64,000 nt of DNA from Vicugna vicugna (lineage: Eukaryota), in the NCBI GenBank assembly GCA_013265495.1, contig MU058010.1:285145-349144 (forward strand), given 5' to 3'. Below are positions 27,549-40,368 of this stretch, piece after piece. The first letter of the stretch is position 1; each line of letters starts with the position of its first letter. The notes under the pieces were generated by a model, which saw only the letters and a program-made list of their open reading frames with translations, was not told the origin of the DNA and made no database searches. The position numbers and the translations under genes were made by a program.

Positions 27549-27621
27549 TTTAACAATAAAGAATTAAGGAATTAGGTGATTACATCATAATTAAAAAATT
27601 GATAGTGGATTATAATCCACT
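27549..27621 (+). repeat. Local direct duplication C, copy 2, ending in an 18-bp perfect palindrome
   Basis: Matches 26410-26474; AGTGGATTATAATCCACT at 27604-27621. Confidence 0.93.
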
Positions 27622-29259
27622 GAAAGATGATTTTTGTCTTGAAAAATGTTCATGACCCGCATTACAAACTGCCTTGTTAGGGGTCCTGAAGAATTATCAT
27701 TTTGAATATAATTGTTTTCAGATGGGCTAGCCGTGATGAGATAGCCTAAATAATCATTTCAAAGTTGAGTAACTGACTTGATAAATATTGTTCTTTAATA
27801 TTACTTATAAATTACAGACGTGTACTAAATAGGATTTCAGCTTTGTGATAGTTTATACGCTAGTTCTGTACTGAATCTTTAACCCTTACTACGACCCCAC
27901 CACGTGGGTAATAGTGTTGACATTATAACTAGAGAGTCTGGTGTATGTATGTGTTCAGTGACTTGAAAAAGATTGCTCATTTTGAAAATGGCCTGTAGAT
28001 ATAGGGTATATTTATTCCTGTTTAGAGATAAGAAAGTTACATTATCATAGAGAAGGAAACTGTCTTGGTTGCTGTAGCTAGGAGATAATGTATTTATTCA
28101 TTTAATTGTTAAACACGTTTTAAAGTATAAGATCAAAAGGTCCAGAATATATACCATGGCACATTATGATGTAACCCATCTCGGATTATTCTTACCCTCT
28201 CTGATTGTAGCAAGTGTTATGATTTAAGCTTTAAGAGGATTTAGCAGCCTATAATCTTTACTGTAATTGTAGTCTGATTCACAGCTGGGTTTTGTCTATG
28301 AAATTCAGTCTTCTGAAATACTGAATTCTAAGAAGCGTGTTGTGATAGTGACAAGATTCTATCTTATCACTTAGAATTCTAACATAACTTTGTCTTAGGT
28401 TTCTCTTAACTGAAATATTCCACAGAGTTTGGAAGAAAGGATCTAAAGTTCACTGATTTATTTACCTATTTATTTAAAGGTGGATTAAGTTTCCTGTATT
28501 TTGAGTTCATAAAGGTTTTGGCAGACTGTGGGCTCAGTATAAAAGAATTCTAGCCATTCTAGGAATAAGAGATGGCTAAGGACTTTTACAGTGTTCTTAT
28601 GCTTTACCAGATTTTTTTGAGTGGATGTTAGTGCTATAAAGGAAGGAACCCTGGAATCTAGAAGTTAATGTAAATGTTTAAATATTTCTAAGTTCCCTTA
28701 CAGAAAACATGTGTGACTGGTTCCAAAACATGCACACTTTACACTTCTTCAGTGAACTCAAAGCTTCCCACTGGGATCAATATAATCACATTTTGAAGAA
28801 TAAGATGTATGTTAATACAAAGATTCAGTTTAAATGGGTCTTTTGGAGGCTTTAAATGAGTATCTCACATTATTCTTGATAACTTAAAATTTTTTTTTAA
28901 TAGGTCTATGCTTGTCTTTAGATTTGTGTGTTATACATTAGGCCATCTTCAACTCTTCTGTAATTTTTTTGCTCTTAGCTATAACAAATATTTTCCCAAA
29001 AACTTATTTATAAGCTATAAAAAACCATACTTCAACTTTATAGATTAATCTGTTTAATATATGTTATTTTAAATATGGAATAATAACCTGAAAGTAGTGG
29101 ATGAATTACAAATATAGGAGAAAGTTAAGGAATAATTGATGTCTATCTGCAAAGTAGATTTTCTATTAACATTTAATTTTTTATTCATGTATTATTTGTT
29201 AAACATATATTATTAATTATGCATGTTATATTATTTATGTTTATCCACCTGCATAACTG

Positions 29260-30117
29260 TGTAAGGGAGATGGTATAAATTTTTGTCTGCAAAGTTGGGG
29301 GTCTCAAGACCACCTTCAGTTTTTGCTTTTTTGTTTTTGTTTTTGTTTTTGTGTTTGTTTTTGTTTTTGTTTTGAATAAAGGTAGATTTATTTAGAGAGA
29401 TACATACTCCGTAGACAGATTGCGGGCGTTTTAGAAGGCCAGAAAAAGGCCACGAGGTGTTGCGGTTGGGTGCTTAGTTTAAAGTAAAAGTAGATACATA
29501 CTCCATAGACAGAGTGTGGCTGTCTCGCTCAGAAGGGAGAGCGGCCCACCTTCACTTCTGACAACAGTGACAAGTTCGGGGCTCCCTAAGACCACTGTTA
29601 AGTTTGATAATTTGTTAGAAGGACTCAGATTTGACTGAATGCTGTTTCACTCATGGTTATAGTTTATTACAGCAAAATGATCCAGATTAAAATCAGCCGA
29701 GGGAAATGGCACGTGGGCAGAGCCCAGGAGAGTTCTAAGCGTGAAGTTGGCAGCTGTCTTCTTCCAATGGAGCCACGAGCAGTACTCGCTTTTCCCAGCA
29801 ATGATGTGTGACAATGCTCATAGATTGTTACCAGTCATGGAAGCTCATCCAAGCCTTGGTGTTCAGAGTTTTTACTGGGTCTTCGTTATGGCTCAACCCC
29901 CATATGACTGACCATAGTTTGCAGCCTCTCCACAGGTCAGGCTAATACTGTGTGACCCAAGGTCCCCACCATAAATCACATTGTTAGCATAGACTATCTT
30001 GTGTGGCCCAGTGCTCCCAGTAAACTAAGACACTTATCAGGCAGGACATTTGAAGTGCTTAGAGAGTACCTCACAGGAGCAAACCTCACCTGGGTAAACT
30101 TAATCCTTTACCATACA
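29260..30117 (-). mobile_element. MER21-like LTR, interrupted by a younger insertion
   Basis: TG...CA ends; ggggtctcaagaccacc, tttgataatttgttagaaggactcaga and gtttattacagcaaaatgatccagattaaaatcagc motifs. Strand inferred from the minus-strand AATAAA. Confidence 0.75.
29321..29545 (-). mobile_element. Poly(A)-tailed LTR (MER41-like) fragment with TSD, nested in MER21
   Basis: (TTTTTG)n tail at 29321-29373, TTTATT at 29387-29392. Flanking repeat ccaccttca(g/c)tt starts at 29310 and 29546. Confidence 0.8.
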
Positions 30118-30589
30118 GTGTGCCAGCCCCACCCCCATGCATTTTGTTTTTATATTATTCATTTTAAATTGTTTTAAATATATTGTTATGGCATATTAGA
30201 CACATGAGAGAATATATAAAATGCATGATATATAAGTCAAACACTCATACCTAAATAAATGGAACATTACTAGTACTTAGAAATGTATATGACCCTCTCT
30301 AGTCTTACCTCCCTTCCTGTGAGAAGTAACCTTATTCTGAATCTTGGGTTAAATATTCCCTTCCGTTACCCTGTAATTTTACCAACCATGTCCATGTTTG
30401 GTTTTGACTAACTTTGAATGGTACGTATATAAAATCATACCATGTTAATGCATCCAGCTATAAGGTGTTCATTTTCATTGAAGCTTAGTATAACATTCTC
30501 TGAATATTATACTTTATTCATTCCACCCTTGGTTGACATTTGGGTTGTTTCCCATTTTTGGTGGTACTAAGGATGTGACAAAATACTAT

Positions 30590-30800
30590 GGTTCTCAGGC
30601 TAAATGCCATCCATTACCTGTTTTGTTTTTTTTTTTTTTGAACAGGTTCTATTTCAACTTAGCCAAGGCATTCTTTTACATATTGTCTATGACTGCTTTT
30701 GTGCTTCCATAGTAGAATGGGGTAGTTGTGACAAACTGTCTAGCTCACAGAACCTGAAATATTTACTATGTAGTCATTTACAGAAAAGGTTGGGAGACCT
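30590..30800. mobile_element. MER58B-like DNA transposon fragment inside an old L1
   Basis: ttacatattgtctatgactgcttttgtgc...gtagttgtgaca...cctgaaatatttactatg...tttacagaaaaggttggg. Confidence 0.7.
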
Positions 30801-31024
30801 CTACTTTGAATATATACCTGTTCTGTGATTGTACCAATTTACTCGTCTATCATCAGAGCTTGAGTGTTCCCACTCTACAACCTCTCCAATGCTTGGTGTT
30901 GTACAAGGAGCTAAAGTGTAGCTTTAAAAAAACATTATTATATTTAGGATTTGTTGCCTCCTTATTCTGGTGATTGGTCTCTCTCCATAATTCTGGAAGA
31001 TGGCATTTTTCTCTTTAAATATGT

Positions 31025-31112
31025 TTCTTCCCTGGTTTCTTTTCCGTCCGTCCTTCCTTCCTCCTTCCCTCTCTCCCTCCTCCTTCCCTCCTGCTTGCTT
31101 TCCCTCCCTTCC
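31025..31112. repeat. (TTCC/TCCC)n pyrimidine-rich simple repeat
   Basis: Directly visible. Confidence 0.8.
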
Positions 31113-32016
31113 TCTGCTTACAAATAAGATGACGTAAGTTCAGTTTATGTAATAAAATAGTAAGAAGTGGTAACAAGTTCTGAGTATGTTCAAGAAGTGA
31201 CATCTATCACTGGAGAGAAGAAACAATAATAGTAGAAAAGGAGGAGAAACAGTAAAAGCATTAAATCTAATGCTGTGAGAATATTCTGATACACTGAAGG
31301 AGCTTTTGAGAAGATCATTGTATTTTAACTTTAGATGTATTAGATGTATCAAAAATAATGTAAATCATGTTGGAATTCTCAGAAGTAACATTTTATCCCA
31401 TCTAGTCCATTTGGGCAGTTTTCCATAGATATCTGTGTCCTAATATTGTATATTTAAGCTTTAGTTAAATGTGAAGGGTGTTTCTCTGGCTTATTGTCTA
31501 CAATATTTCTGAATAATAAAGTGCTATTATAACTTGGAATAATATTAATGCACTGCTTAGCAGTCTTAAAATATTTTTTTCTGAATTATTTTAGTAAGGC
31601 TGGAAGATATTTTACGAGCTAATACACACATGTCTAGATAAATATGACATGTACATACTGGGGTTTTATTTTTTTTTATTACAATATGCTATCTCTATAG
31701 TGTGCTAAACATATTTCAGGTTTTTTTAAACACATCAAAATTGGCACCATTTCTATAATAGGTTGATAACTAAGCATTAAAAAATGAACCTCAGAATCAG
31801 TGTAATAATATTGGACTGTTCTTTAAACACTAGTTCTAAAACTGGAGAAGAGTATAAAATGTGCTAATGAAAGTTTCCCCTACAGTAATTATATTAAATG
31901 CTTAAAATGTATCATTTTATGAATTATTTGTGATTTTATATGTAGAACTACATCTTGAATTCTTTCCTTACCTTTCCTCATTATGAGTCTTATTTTTTCT
32001 TTTTAACCCCTCTTAG

Positions 32017-32111
32017 CAATCTTCCTGAGCTCTTTCCGGGTGCCATATGAGGAAATCAAAATGATGATTTTGGAAGTGGATGAAACACAGTTGGCGGAGT
32101 CTATGATTCAG
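32017..32111 (+). CDS. DIAPH3: DIAPH3 internal coding exon (FH2 domain), 95 nt, phase 1-0
   Basis: Pyrimidine tract then tcttAG|, donor CAG|GTAAAC. Translates (S)IFLSSFRVPYEEIKMMILEVDETQLAESMIQ; the split codon T|CA joins the previous exon. Confidence 0.96.
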
Positions 32112-33315
32112 GTAAACAAACAGGCAGAGAGCTTAAATTCCAATATTTCATTGCAAGCTTCTCATTAAATAGAAATCTGTAAGTGAAGCAAAATTCTTAA
32201 ACCAAATCATTCAACTGGAAAATCATTGCTGCATAATTAGTTTTAGCAGAACTTCTGCATTGCCAGGAGATAAAACTCTGCATCTTCTCTTAACTGCAAG
32301 CTAAATATAATACTATCAAAATAATTTCATTTCATTTATTTTAAATGACTATTTCTGAAAGGCATATTGTTTACTTTTACATGGATGCTTGTTTTGGTAC
32401 AGTTAAGATTAGTAATACACTAATTTAAATTTATTTGTATAATCCTTTTAGAATGTGTTTTTCTTGGACTTGTCTGTCTTGTAAAGTTATATTGTTATTT
32501 GATATAGAAGATTGAGCGTGTTTTCTCTTTATTTAGAATTACCTTTATTAACAACACTTCCTTGAGTCATTTGTGTTCCTGTGATACTAGAAATTGTTTG
32601 CGTAGTATTCTGAATCATTCGGGAAGATTTCTGAAGTGGAGTATATAACGAATGCTAGTATGGTGCCAGAGTTACTTGCTGAATTCCACATCAAGTACCA
32701 ATAATGTGTATCTTGGTAGAATTTAAAGTTGGAGAAGCAGACCAGAAATTATACAGTGAAAAAATAACATTTTCATTGTTTACTACCTTTTATTTCTATG
32801 ATGTGCTTAGAAAAGTGATTTGTTTTTTAGAAAGTTGATTTTTTAGCAAAAAAAAGAAATCAGAGTATTTATTATTGTCAATACCCAATTAAAATTATTG
32901 TCGGTGTTTTAATTTATTAATAAATGGTATCCTCAGAAGTTCTTGGTTTTGCCTGTCACTTCTTATGAATGTGGTGGGTAGTAATATATCATCCCATCAG
33001 TGATTTGTGCTATGAGTGTCAGACTCAAACTACCTGATTCAAGTGTTTATTTCCTCTCGCAGTTTCTGTTTACTAGATTTTGTCTTTGTTATTGTGTATG
33101 TGCCTTGTGTAGATTTCTAACTTTCTTGAGGAGAATTTTCTACTTAATACGCTTGCAGTTTTTACAATGCATTTGTTAAAAATTTATAGAGTAGCTTTTA
33201 ACTTGATTACATGAATATTTTGGATGATCATGTGGCCTTTGTCATATAGAGATGGAAAAAATTTGCATTTTAAAATTCATGTCCTAAGAACATTTGGTTC
33301 TGTATAATTTATTAA

Positions 33316-33829
33316 TATATTCGTTTTTCTGTTACTACTTTAGCAATGTAATGTAACACATTTAATGGCCTAAAATAAAACAAATATATTATCTTCCATT
33401 TCTTAGTACAGAAGTCTTACTGTGCTAAAGTCAAGGTGTTAGCAGACTTGCATTCCTTGTTGGAAGCTTTATAGAAGTTTGTCTCTCTGTCTTTTCCACC
33501 TCCTTCCTTATGCCTGCTTGCATTCCTTGGCTCCTGGACATCTCCCCTCATTTTCCAAGCCAGCAACATCGTATCTCTCTGTTCCTTCTTTCTAGTCACA
33601 TCTTCTTGTCACTCAATTATTCTCTCCCTCTTCCACTTTTAAGATCTTTGGGATCACATTGGGTATATCCAGCTAATCCAGGGTAATCTCCATTTTAGGG
33701 TCAAGCTGATAGCAACTCTAATTCCATCTGAAGCCCTCATTCCCTTGTCACATAATGTAATATTCCACAGGTTCTGGGGATTGGACATGGACATCTCAGG
33801 GGATTTGGGACATTATTCTGCCTACCATA
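33316..33829 (-). mobile_element. MaLR LTR (MLT1C/D-like)
   Basis: gctaaagtcaaggtgttagcagacttgcattcc ... taatccagggtaatctcc ... attctgcctaccata end. Confidence 0.8.
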
Positions 33830-34443
33830 CTTACTAAATATAAAACCAATCTCACAAATTCAAAATCTAGAAATTTAGTTAGGACCTATGTAAAGTCTTC
33901 ATTAATTCATTAAAAATAAGAATTTCATGCTATTTGAAGTCTTGTTTTTGATTTTAAAAATATGTTTCTAATTGTAAAGCGAGGAACTTGCCTATTTTGA
34001 GCAGGGCATGGAAAAAGCATTGCTTTGTAATAATTATTATTTTGGTGGGATTTGCTCACTGTTATGGTCTTGTTTTGGCTTATCTCGTTATTTGTTCACA
34101 TGTAACAGATATCAGTACTGATGTCATTTTGGGATGTCATTTTTTTTCCCACTTCATTCTTTACCCATTTACCTCTTTGTCCCTTCAGTCTTTTATTAAT
34201 TAATTTATTTAGCAAGTATTTTATTGTGCTCACCCTGTGCAAGGCATTATTTTAGGCTCAATCAGACATAGACTTTACGTTTCTGGAAATTGTAGTGTGG
34301 CAAGGGAGATGACATTTGTATTTATAGTTACAATACAAGATTCACACGGCTGTATTGAGGTTGTCTTAGAACTAGATGCTATACTAGGTGTGTGTATGTG
34401 TGTGTGAGGGTGAATGAAGCATATGTTTAGAAAAGGGCAGAGG

Positions 34444-34531
34444 GTCTACAGCCGTACCACCCTGAATGTACCTGATCTTGTCTGATCTCAAGCTAAGCAG
34501 AGTCAGGCCTGGTTAGTACTTGGGTGGGAGA
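34444..34531 (+). pseudogene. 3'-truncated (tailless) 5S rRNA retropseudogene
   Basis: gtctacagccgtaccaccctgaa...gcctggttagtacttgggtgggaga matches roughly the first 90 nt of mammalian 5S rRNA, with CpG decay. TSD agaaaagggcaga at 34429-34441 and 34529-34541. Confidence 0.93.
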
Positions 34532-35256
34532 AAAGGGCAGAAGGATTGTGTGAGGGAAAAGCTGGCTGTGTGGGGGCAACTGTGAAGAGTTTAGTTTCAC
34601 AGGAATTTAGGATTCATGAAAGGATGGGAATTATGATAAAGGGAGAAACAAAGGAAGGTTGGGCCTGCACTCTTACAAATCACAATGGTTTAATACTTTA
34701 GAGAGCAAAAATATTGAAGTGAACAATTAATGAGCTTCTGATGAAAGATTAACATTTAAGTATATAGTAACTAAAAATATTCAGGGGGAGTTGATGGTCA
34801 TCTAAAAGGATGCTGGAGAAATTCAGAAGCCCAATTTATTTAATAGATCAGCTGTCAAATAGAATAATTAAAAGAAAATATAAATAACCAGGTCGTTTGG
34901 TCACAGGCAGTTCTACTAAAAGAAACTTATATTTATGTAGGAAACTCATATAACTTTGTTGTTTTTATTCAGTTTGTTAGTATTAATAGTGAATACTTTT
35001 TTTAGGGATGATCTTAAATTGCCACTTTTGTGTTTGTTTTTGGCCAGTAAATCAAGTTTTTGTCCAAAGGTACACAGTGACTCAAAAACTTGTTCTTTGA
35101 TCTAACTACTTTGATATATAACAGTCTCTAACATTTTTAACTAATAACACCTTTGGGAATTTCCCGCCCCCCCATGTATATTTTCAGCATGATGTAAGCT
35201 TAATTATAATCCATACTTGACTTTTGGCTTGTAGAAAGTTTACTGATGCTGAATTT

Positions 35257-35390
35257 GTTTTGTTTTGTTTGATGAGGGGGAGGTAATTAGGATTATTCAT
35301 TTATTTTTGTTTGGAGGAGGTACTGGGGATTGAACCAGGGCCTCGGGCATGTTAAGCATGTGCTCCAACGCTTGAGCTATACCCTCCCTC
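35257..35390 (-). mobile_element. tRNA-derived SINE (camelid Vic-1 type)
   Basis: Reverse complement GGAGGGTATAGCTCAAG...GGTTCAATCCCCAGTACCTCC...CCTAATTACCTCCCCC carries A and B boxes. TSD gatgctg(t)aattt at 35245-35256 and 35391-35403. Confidence 0.88.
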
Positions 35391-36377
35391 GATGCTGTAA
35401 TTTAGAATTGTGAGCACAAAGCACTCTCTTTTTTCTGAATTTTAATATCAATACACTAACTTGCTGTAACACTATGGTAGTCAGTTATGTTTAAAAACAG
35501 AGGATCTATATATAAACTTTGTCCAAGGGATGGTTTAATCCTTTAAGTTCTAACAGGGAAGCGACATGACACATATTCCCTTGGTCTTTGTCCATTGGGA
35601 GTATTTCTCTTGTCTAAGTGTGTGGCTTGGGAAAGGCTGGGCATGGAAAAAGAAGCCAGAATGGCCAAATGCACCTATGGTTTCTGGGCTGCAGATGATA
35701 CAGGCAATGGGCTGTTACAGCCATAGCACTGAAGTTCCCAAAGGATCTCTCTATATACTTTTACTTGCAAGGTGTATCATGCTGTGTCTTCAATTCCTTT
35801 TCAAATTCTCTTTCACATCGGAAAAGTTACTTTGTCTTTGTTTTAGAGATATCTTCATTTTTATGATTAAAGCCATTATCATATGAGTTAAATCTTACAA
35901 GTGCTGTCATTAAAAGTCCCTTGATTTCTTTTCTGTTCTTTCCTTTCCCTATTAGTAGCAATAGAGTGATTTCTTTTATCCCCCTGAGTGAAGTGCTAAA
36001 ATACGTTTGGCTTTGCCTGAAATTTCTGACATTTAATTCCCTAAAGCTGAAATGTAATTGATCACATTTATCCAGGTGAGAAAGCTGTTCCTCTGGTATA
36101 GGTTGAATTCTTCTTTCTCAATTATATAGCTAATCAAATAAACATTCAGTAGTGCTTATTTGAATATATAATAACTCTGGATAGAGAGGAGGAAAATTGA
36201 CTGCTTTCAAGATGCAGAGAATGTTAGCTAAAGGCTGAGTTATCAGGGAGGTTACCTAGAAATAAAACTAAAGATTAACTTTTTTAATGGTTTCCTTCTC
36301 GTAGTTAATTAATAAATTTTCCTGGAATTTAAGAAGCATATTTAATGAAGATATTTTCTTTTGGTTTCAATTTTTAG

Positions 36378-36479
36378 AACTTAATAAAGCATCTTCCTGA
36401 TCAAGAACAATTAAATTCATTGTCTCAGTTCAAGAGTGATTATAACAACTTATGCGAACCTGAGCAGTTTGCTGTTGTG
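36378..36479 (+). CDS. DIAPH3: DIAPH3 internal coding exon (FH2 domain), 102 nt, phase 0-0
   Basis: Acceptor tttttAG|, donor GTG|GTAAGT. Translates NLIKHLPDQEQLNSLSQFKSDYNNLCEPEQFAVV, continuing the FH2 sequence. Confidence 0.96.
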
Positions 36480-37547
36480 GTAAGTACCATCTCTCAGCGT
36501 CAGCTCTTTTTGGAAGGGATTTTTATACTTTGCAAAAATGGAGGAAAGAAAACGTTAAGCCTTTTCACATCATTATTGCTCACAAACCTTTAATGTCCAT
36601 TTGCTTTCTTTTATAACCTAACAGTATTTATGGGAAATTATCTTGATTTAAAATACATATTGAAACTCATGCCTTAAATGAAGTCCAAGGAGTTTTTCAA
36701 AAGTAAAAACATTGATTGTTTGTGTTTTCTATTTAATGACAAAACATGAAATGGAAACTGCACTCCCATGACTAGAGAGTATATTTTTGATTCATTCTAG
36801 AGCTCTGTATTCCAGCATGTTACAAGAGTAGTTTCCGTTTCTCATTGTAATCATTCACTTCAGTTCATCTCATATGTTAGACTCTGAAATTAGAAATAGA
36901 GTCTCTTTCTTGGCAATGAGGGTGAAAAATGAATACATTTTAGAAAATCTTTGAGACACCTTGATAATCATCTTGTTCCAGCATCCTATTTTATAGGAGA
37001 TGGGGTCTGAAGAGGTGAAAGAAAGGCCTGCCAGTGTTATATGTTAGCTATATTGCAACTTAAAATTAAGATTTTTATCAAGCTTTCTTTTCTCCTGCCC
37101 TTCCTTCTTCCATTAAATTACCGTTTTGAGGTTAGTTATACTCAGTCATCCTGATGATATTTAAAGAAGCATTTCATTTTTTAAAATACAGAAGATCATT
37201 CATTTTATTCCTGTAGTCTTCAGGTATATCACTACCAGCCTCCAGGGACATGATGAAATTGTATTTGATATAACTTTGAAAATTTGGGTTGGCTAACTAA
37301 AGGACTGTGTCTACATGCTGTATTTCGCATGCTGTCGGTATTTACACTTAAACGCCTTCCTATCCTGTCATGAACCCATTCTACTCAGCCTTCCTTGAAA
37401 AGCCTCTCCCCCTCCCCCACCCCGGCCCCCAAAGTTACAATACTCAGAATAAAAAAAAAATCAGGGGTTCTCCTGTTCATAGGCTTATAATTTTTGTTAT
37501 AAAACTTTTAAACTTACTGTCTTTAGAAAAATACTTTTCATTTCTTT

Positions 37548-37671
37548 CTCTTTTTTTGGGGGGGGGAATTAAGTGTGCTTATTTGTTTCTTTTTAGAAGA
37601 GGTACTGGGATTGAACCCAGGACCTTGTGTATGCTAAGCATGCACTCTACCACTTGAGCTATATCCTCCCC
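37548..37671 (-). mobile_element. tRNA-derived SINE (Vic-1 type)
   Basis: Same consensus as above. TSD ttcatttcttt at 37537-37547 and 37674-37684. Confidence 0.88.
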
Positions 37672-39960
37672 ACTTCATTTCTTTTTAAACCCAGTTCTCC
37701 AGGGTATTCTTGGTATCCTTTTCAATTCATCTTGTCCTTTTTTTTAAAATTTTTTTTCTTTTTTCTCTTTTCTGTATTTCCTTGTTTAGTTTACTTTCTA
37801 TCTCCTGATCACTTTGTCTTTCTCTTGATCCCTATTTGATGCAGTGTCTTCCATGTGAGAAAAAGTGGAGAATTTGCATTACATTTTTAAACATAGACTA
37901 CTTAGAATTTTGATTTTTGCCCATCTTTTTTGACTCCTGAAAATCATAACATATAAAGTTATAATTTTGAAATATTTCCTATGCGCATTAAATCTAGAAC
38001 ACAAGCTTATGTGAAAATACCTATTTAACAAGTAACTTTGTTGCATATAATCACAGAGATTTAAAACTATTCCTATGTTGTATTGATTGTCATAGAAGAA
38101 TGAGCTCAAACTTGCAGATATTTTATGTTTATTTAAATAGTCAGATTATGCCTGCCTTTGAAAACCAGAGTTCACATCAAAGAAGTATGATTTACAAGCA
38201 GTGTACTCAGAGGGGTCAGAAAAGTTAAAGCAATTATATTCCCAGATACCAGTGCTGGAGGTTATAGTTTTGATTTTAAGACAGAGATGGACCACTTCCA
38301 TTTCAGGACTTGTCAACACAAACTTGACCTTGAGTCTACACATTCCATGCTAGGTCATTCCTGACTGCAAATGGAATATAGCGAGGAAAGAGTGATGCTG
38401 TTGAAAACTGTCTGCTTTGGAAATATGAACAGAGCTTCATTATCTGTTGATTATGAATATTCCTAAAAATATTGTTTCAAGTTCTGGCTTGTGTTGTACT
38501 AACATTTTAAAAAATATATATGTTTTGGTGAAGAAAGGAGAAGGAAAGTTGAAGAAAAAATAACTTTTTATATACTCTTCTTTTGGGGGGGCATCAAATA
38601 GTAATGTTCTTTAACTCTACCTTTTTTCCATTTCAATTTTTTGCCATTTCCAAATGGCTGCCTCTTCTTCTCAAACCCCCACACCCCAAAAAGACAGAGA
38701 AACCTTCTTAAAGTTCCAAACAATATTTGAGAATTAACCAAAAAATGATGAAAAGCGTGGAATGCCTGAAGTTTTCTGTTCCCCTTTCTGGATTAGAAAC
38801 TCAGTATTAAGTTTCCTAATTCATTAAGGAGTGATATGTTTTCAGCTTATCAACGTTGTATAAATAATACATACAATAATTTGGTGGTTTTAGAAAACTG
38901 ATTGTAATTACCGTGTATATGTTTAAAAGATTCCCACAATACTCTTTTACTTTTAAAATAATAAACTTAATGTAATTTATTATGTGTCTATCAAAGATGG
39001 GCTTTTAACTTGAAGTAAGCTAAACTGCAGATTCCTACAAGACTTTTCTCCTATAGAAAAACATTTACTTATTTCATAAACCTAGATTTCAAGTCCTTAC
39101 CATTTCTACCTAAAAAATCATCACAGAGTTTAAAGAATAATCAAGGGTTAGGACTTTTGAACCTACTACACCTCAAATAGGGCCAAAACTTGCCTTTTCA
39201 TTTGTTTCCACCACAGACAGATGTGCTCTTGGCTCTGTTTCATCTTCTGGTTCTGTACACTGATACTGTGATTTCTAGCATTGTTTTCCTTTTAACAAAA
39301 ATCAGTTAAAACCCTGCAGTTCATGTTACTTGCCAGTCAGTTTAAATTTTTCGTTCATCCAATTATGAAAATTCATTAATTTCATTCATGTTAATTACAG
39401 ATTTCCCAGAAAGGCTTATCCTATTTAAATAAATACTCGAATTTGATACAAAAGATAAAGTCACTACAGTTGTTTGCATTATATAATTCCCTTTAATTCC
39501 ACACAAGAATTATGTAAAACACTTAATAAACAAAAAGCAGCTTCCCTGGACATCAATATTTTTTTACATTATTTCTCTTTGATAGAAGGGCAGTGTGCAA
39601 AAGTAACACATCCAGAATGCTAGTAACTAATGTCAATTAAAGACCAAATAGAATATATAAAATATAGCATATAAATTATAAATATGTTTTACTTTTGTCA
39701 TGTATTACTTACATACAGCTATCCAGGGTTCTATTTCCCACAGAGTATGGTATACAAATATATTCTGCAGAAATATGTGAATATCCATTAAATTGTACGT
39801 CCTTGAAGCCTTCTTTCAGTCACTAAACCACTTGCTGTGCCTGTATTCTCTCCAGTTTTCTTGTAATAGAGAGTTTCATATCCATTTTTATTTATTTGTC
39901 CCTTGAAATTAGAAGTGAAATTCTTTAATGCTGACATTATCTCTAATACTTAAAAATAGC

Positions 39961-40368
39961 AGCAACATGGTTGATCCTAGAGAATGTCATTCTAAGTGAA
40001 GTAAGCCAGAAAGAGAAAGAAAAATACCATATGAGATCGCTCATATGTGGAATCTAAAAAACAAAAACAAACAAAAACAAAGCATAAATACAGGACAGAA
40101 ATAGACTCATGGACAGAGAATACAGACTTGTGGTTACCGGGGGGGTAGAGGGTGGGAAGGGATAGACTGGGATTTCAAAATTGTAGAATAGATAAACAAG
40201 ATTACACTGTATAGCACAGGGAAATATACACAAAATGTTATGATAAATCACAGAGAAAAAAATGTGACAATGAGTGTGTATATGTCCATGAATGACTGAA
40301 AAATTGTGCTGAACACTGGAATTTGACACAACACTGTAAAATGATTATGAATCAATAAAAAATGTAAA
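39961..40368 (+). mobile_element. Young 5'-truncated L1, sense to the gene, with TSD
   Basis: ORF2 end and 3'UTR (gcaacatgg...ctaagtgaagtaagccaga), AATAAA and A tail. TSD aaaaatagc at 39952-39960 and 40369-40377, at a TT/AAAA site. Confidence 0.92.

Noticed and set aside
34444..34531. Functional 5S rRNA gene
   Set aside because: It lacks the 3' ~30 nt, shows CpG decay and has a TSD, so it is a pseudogene.
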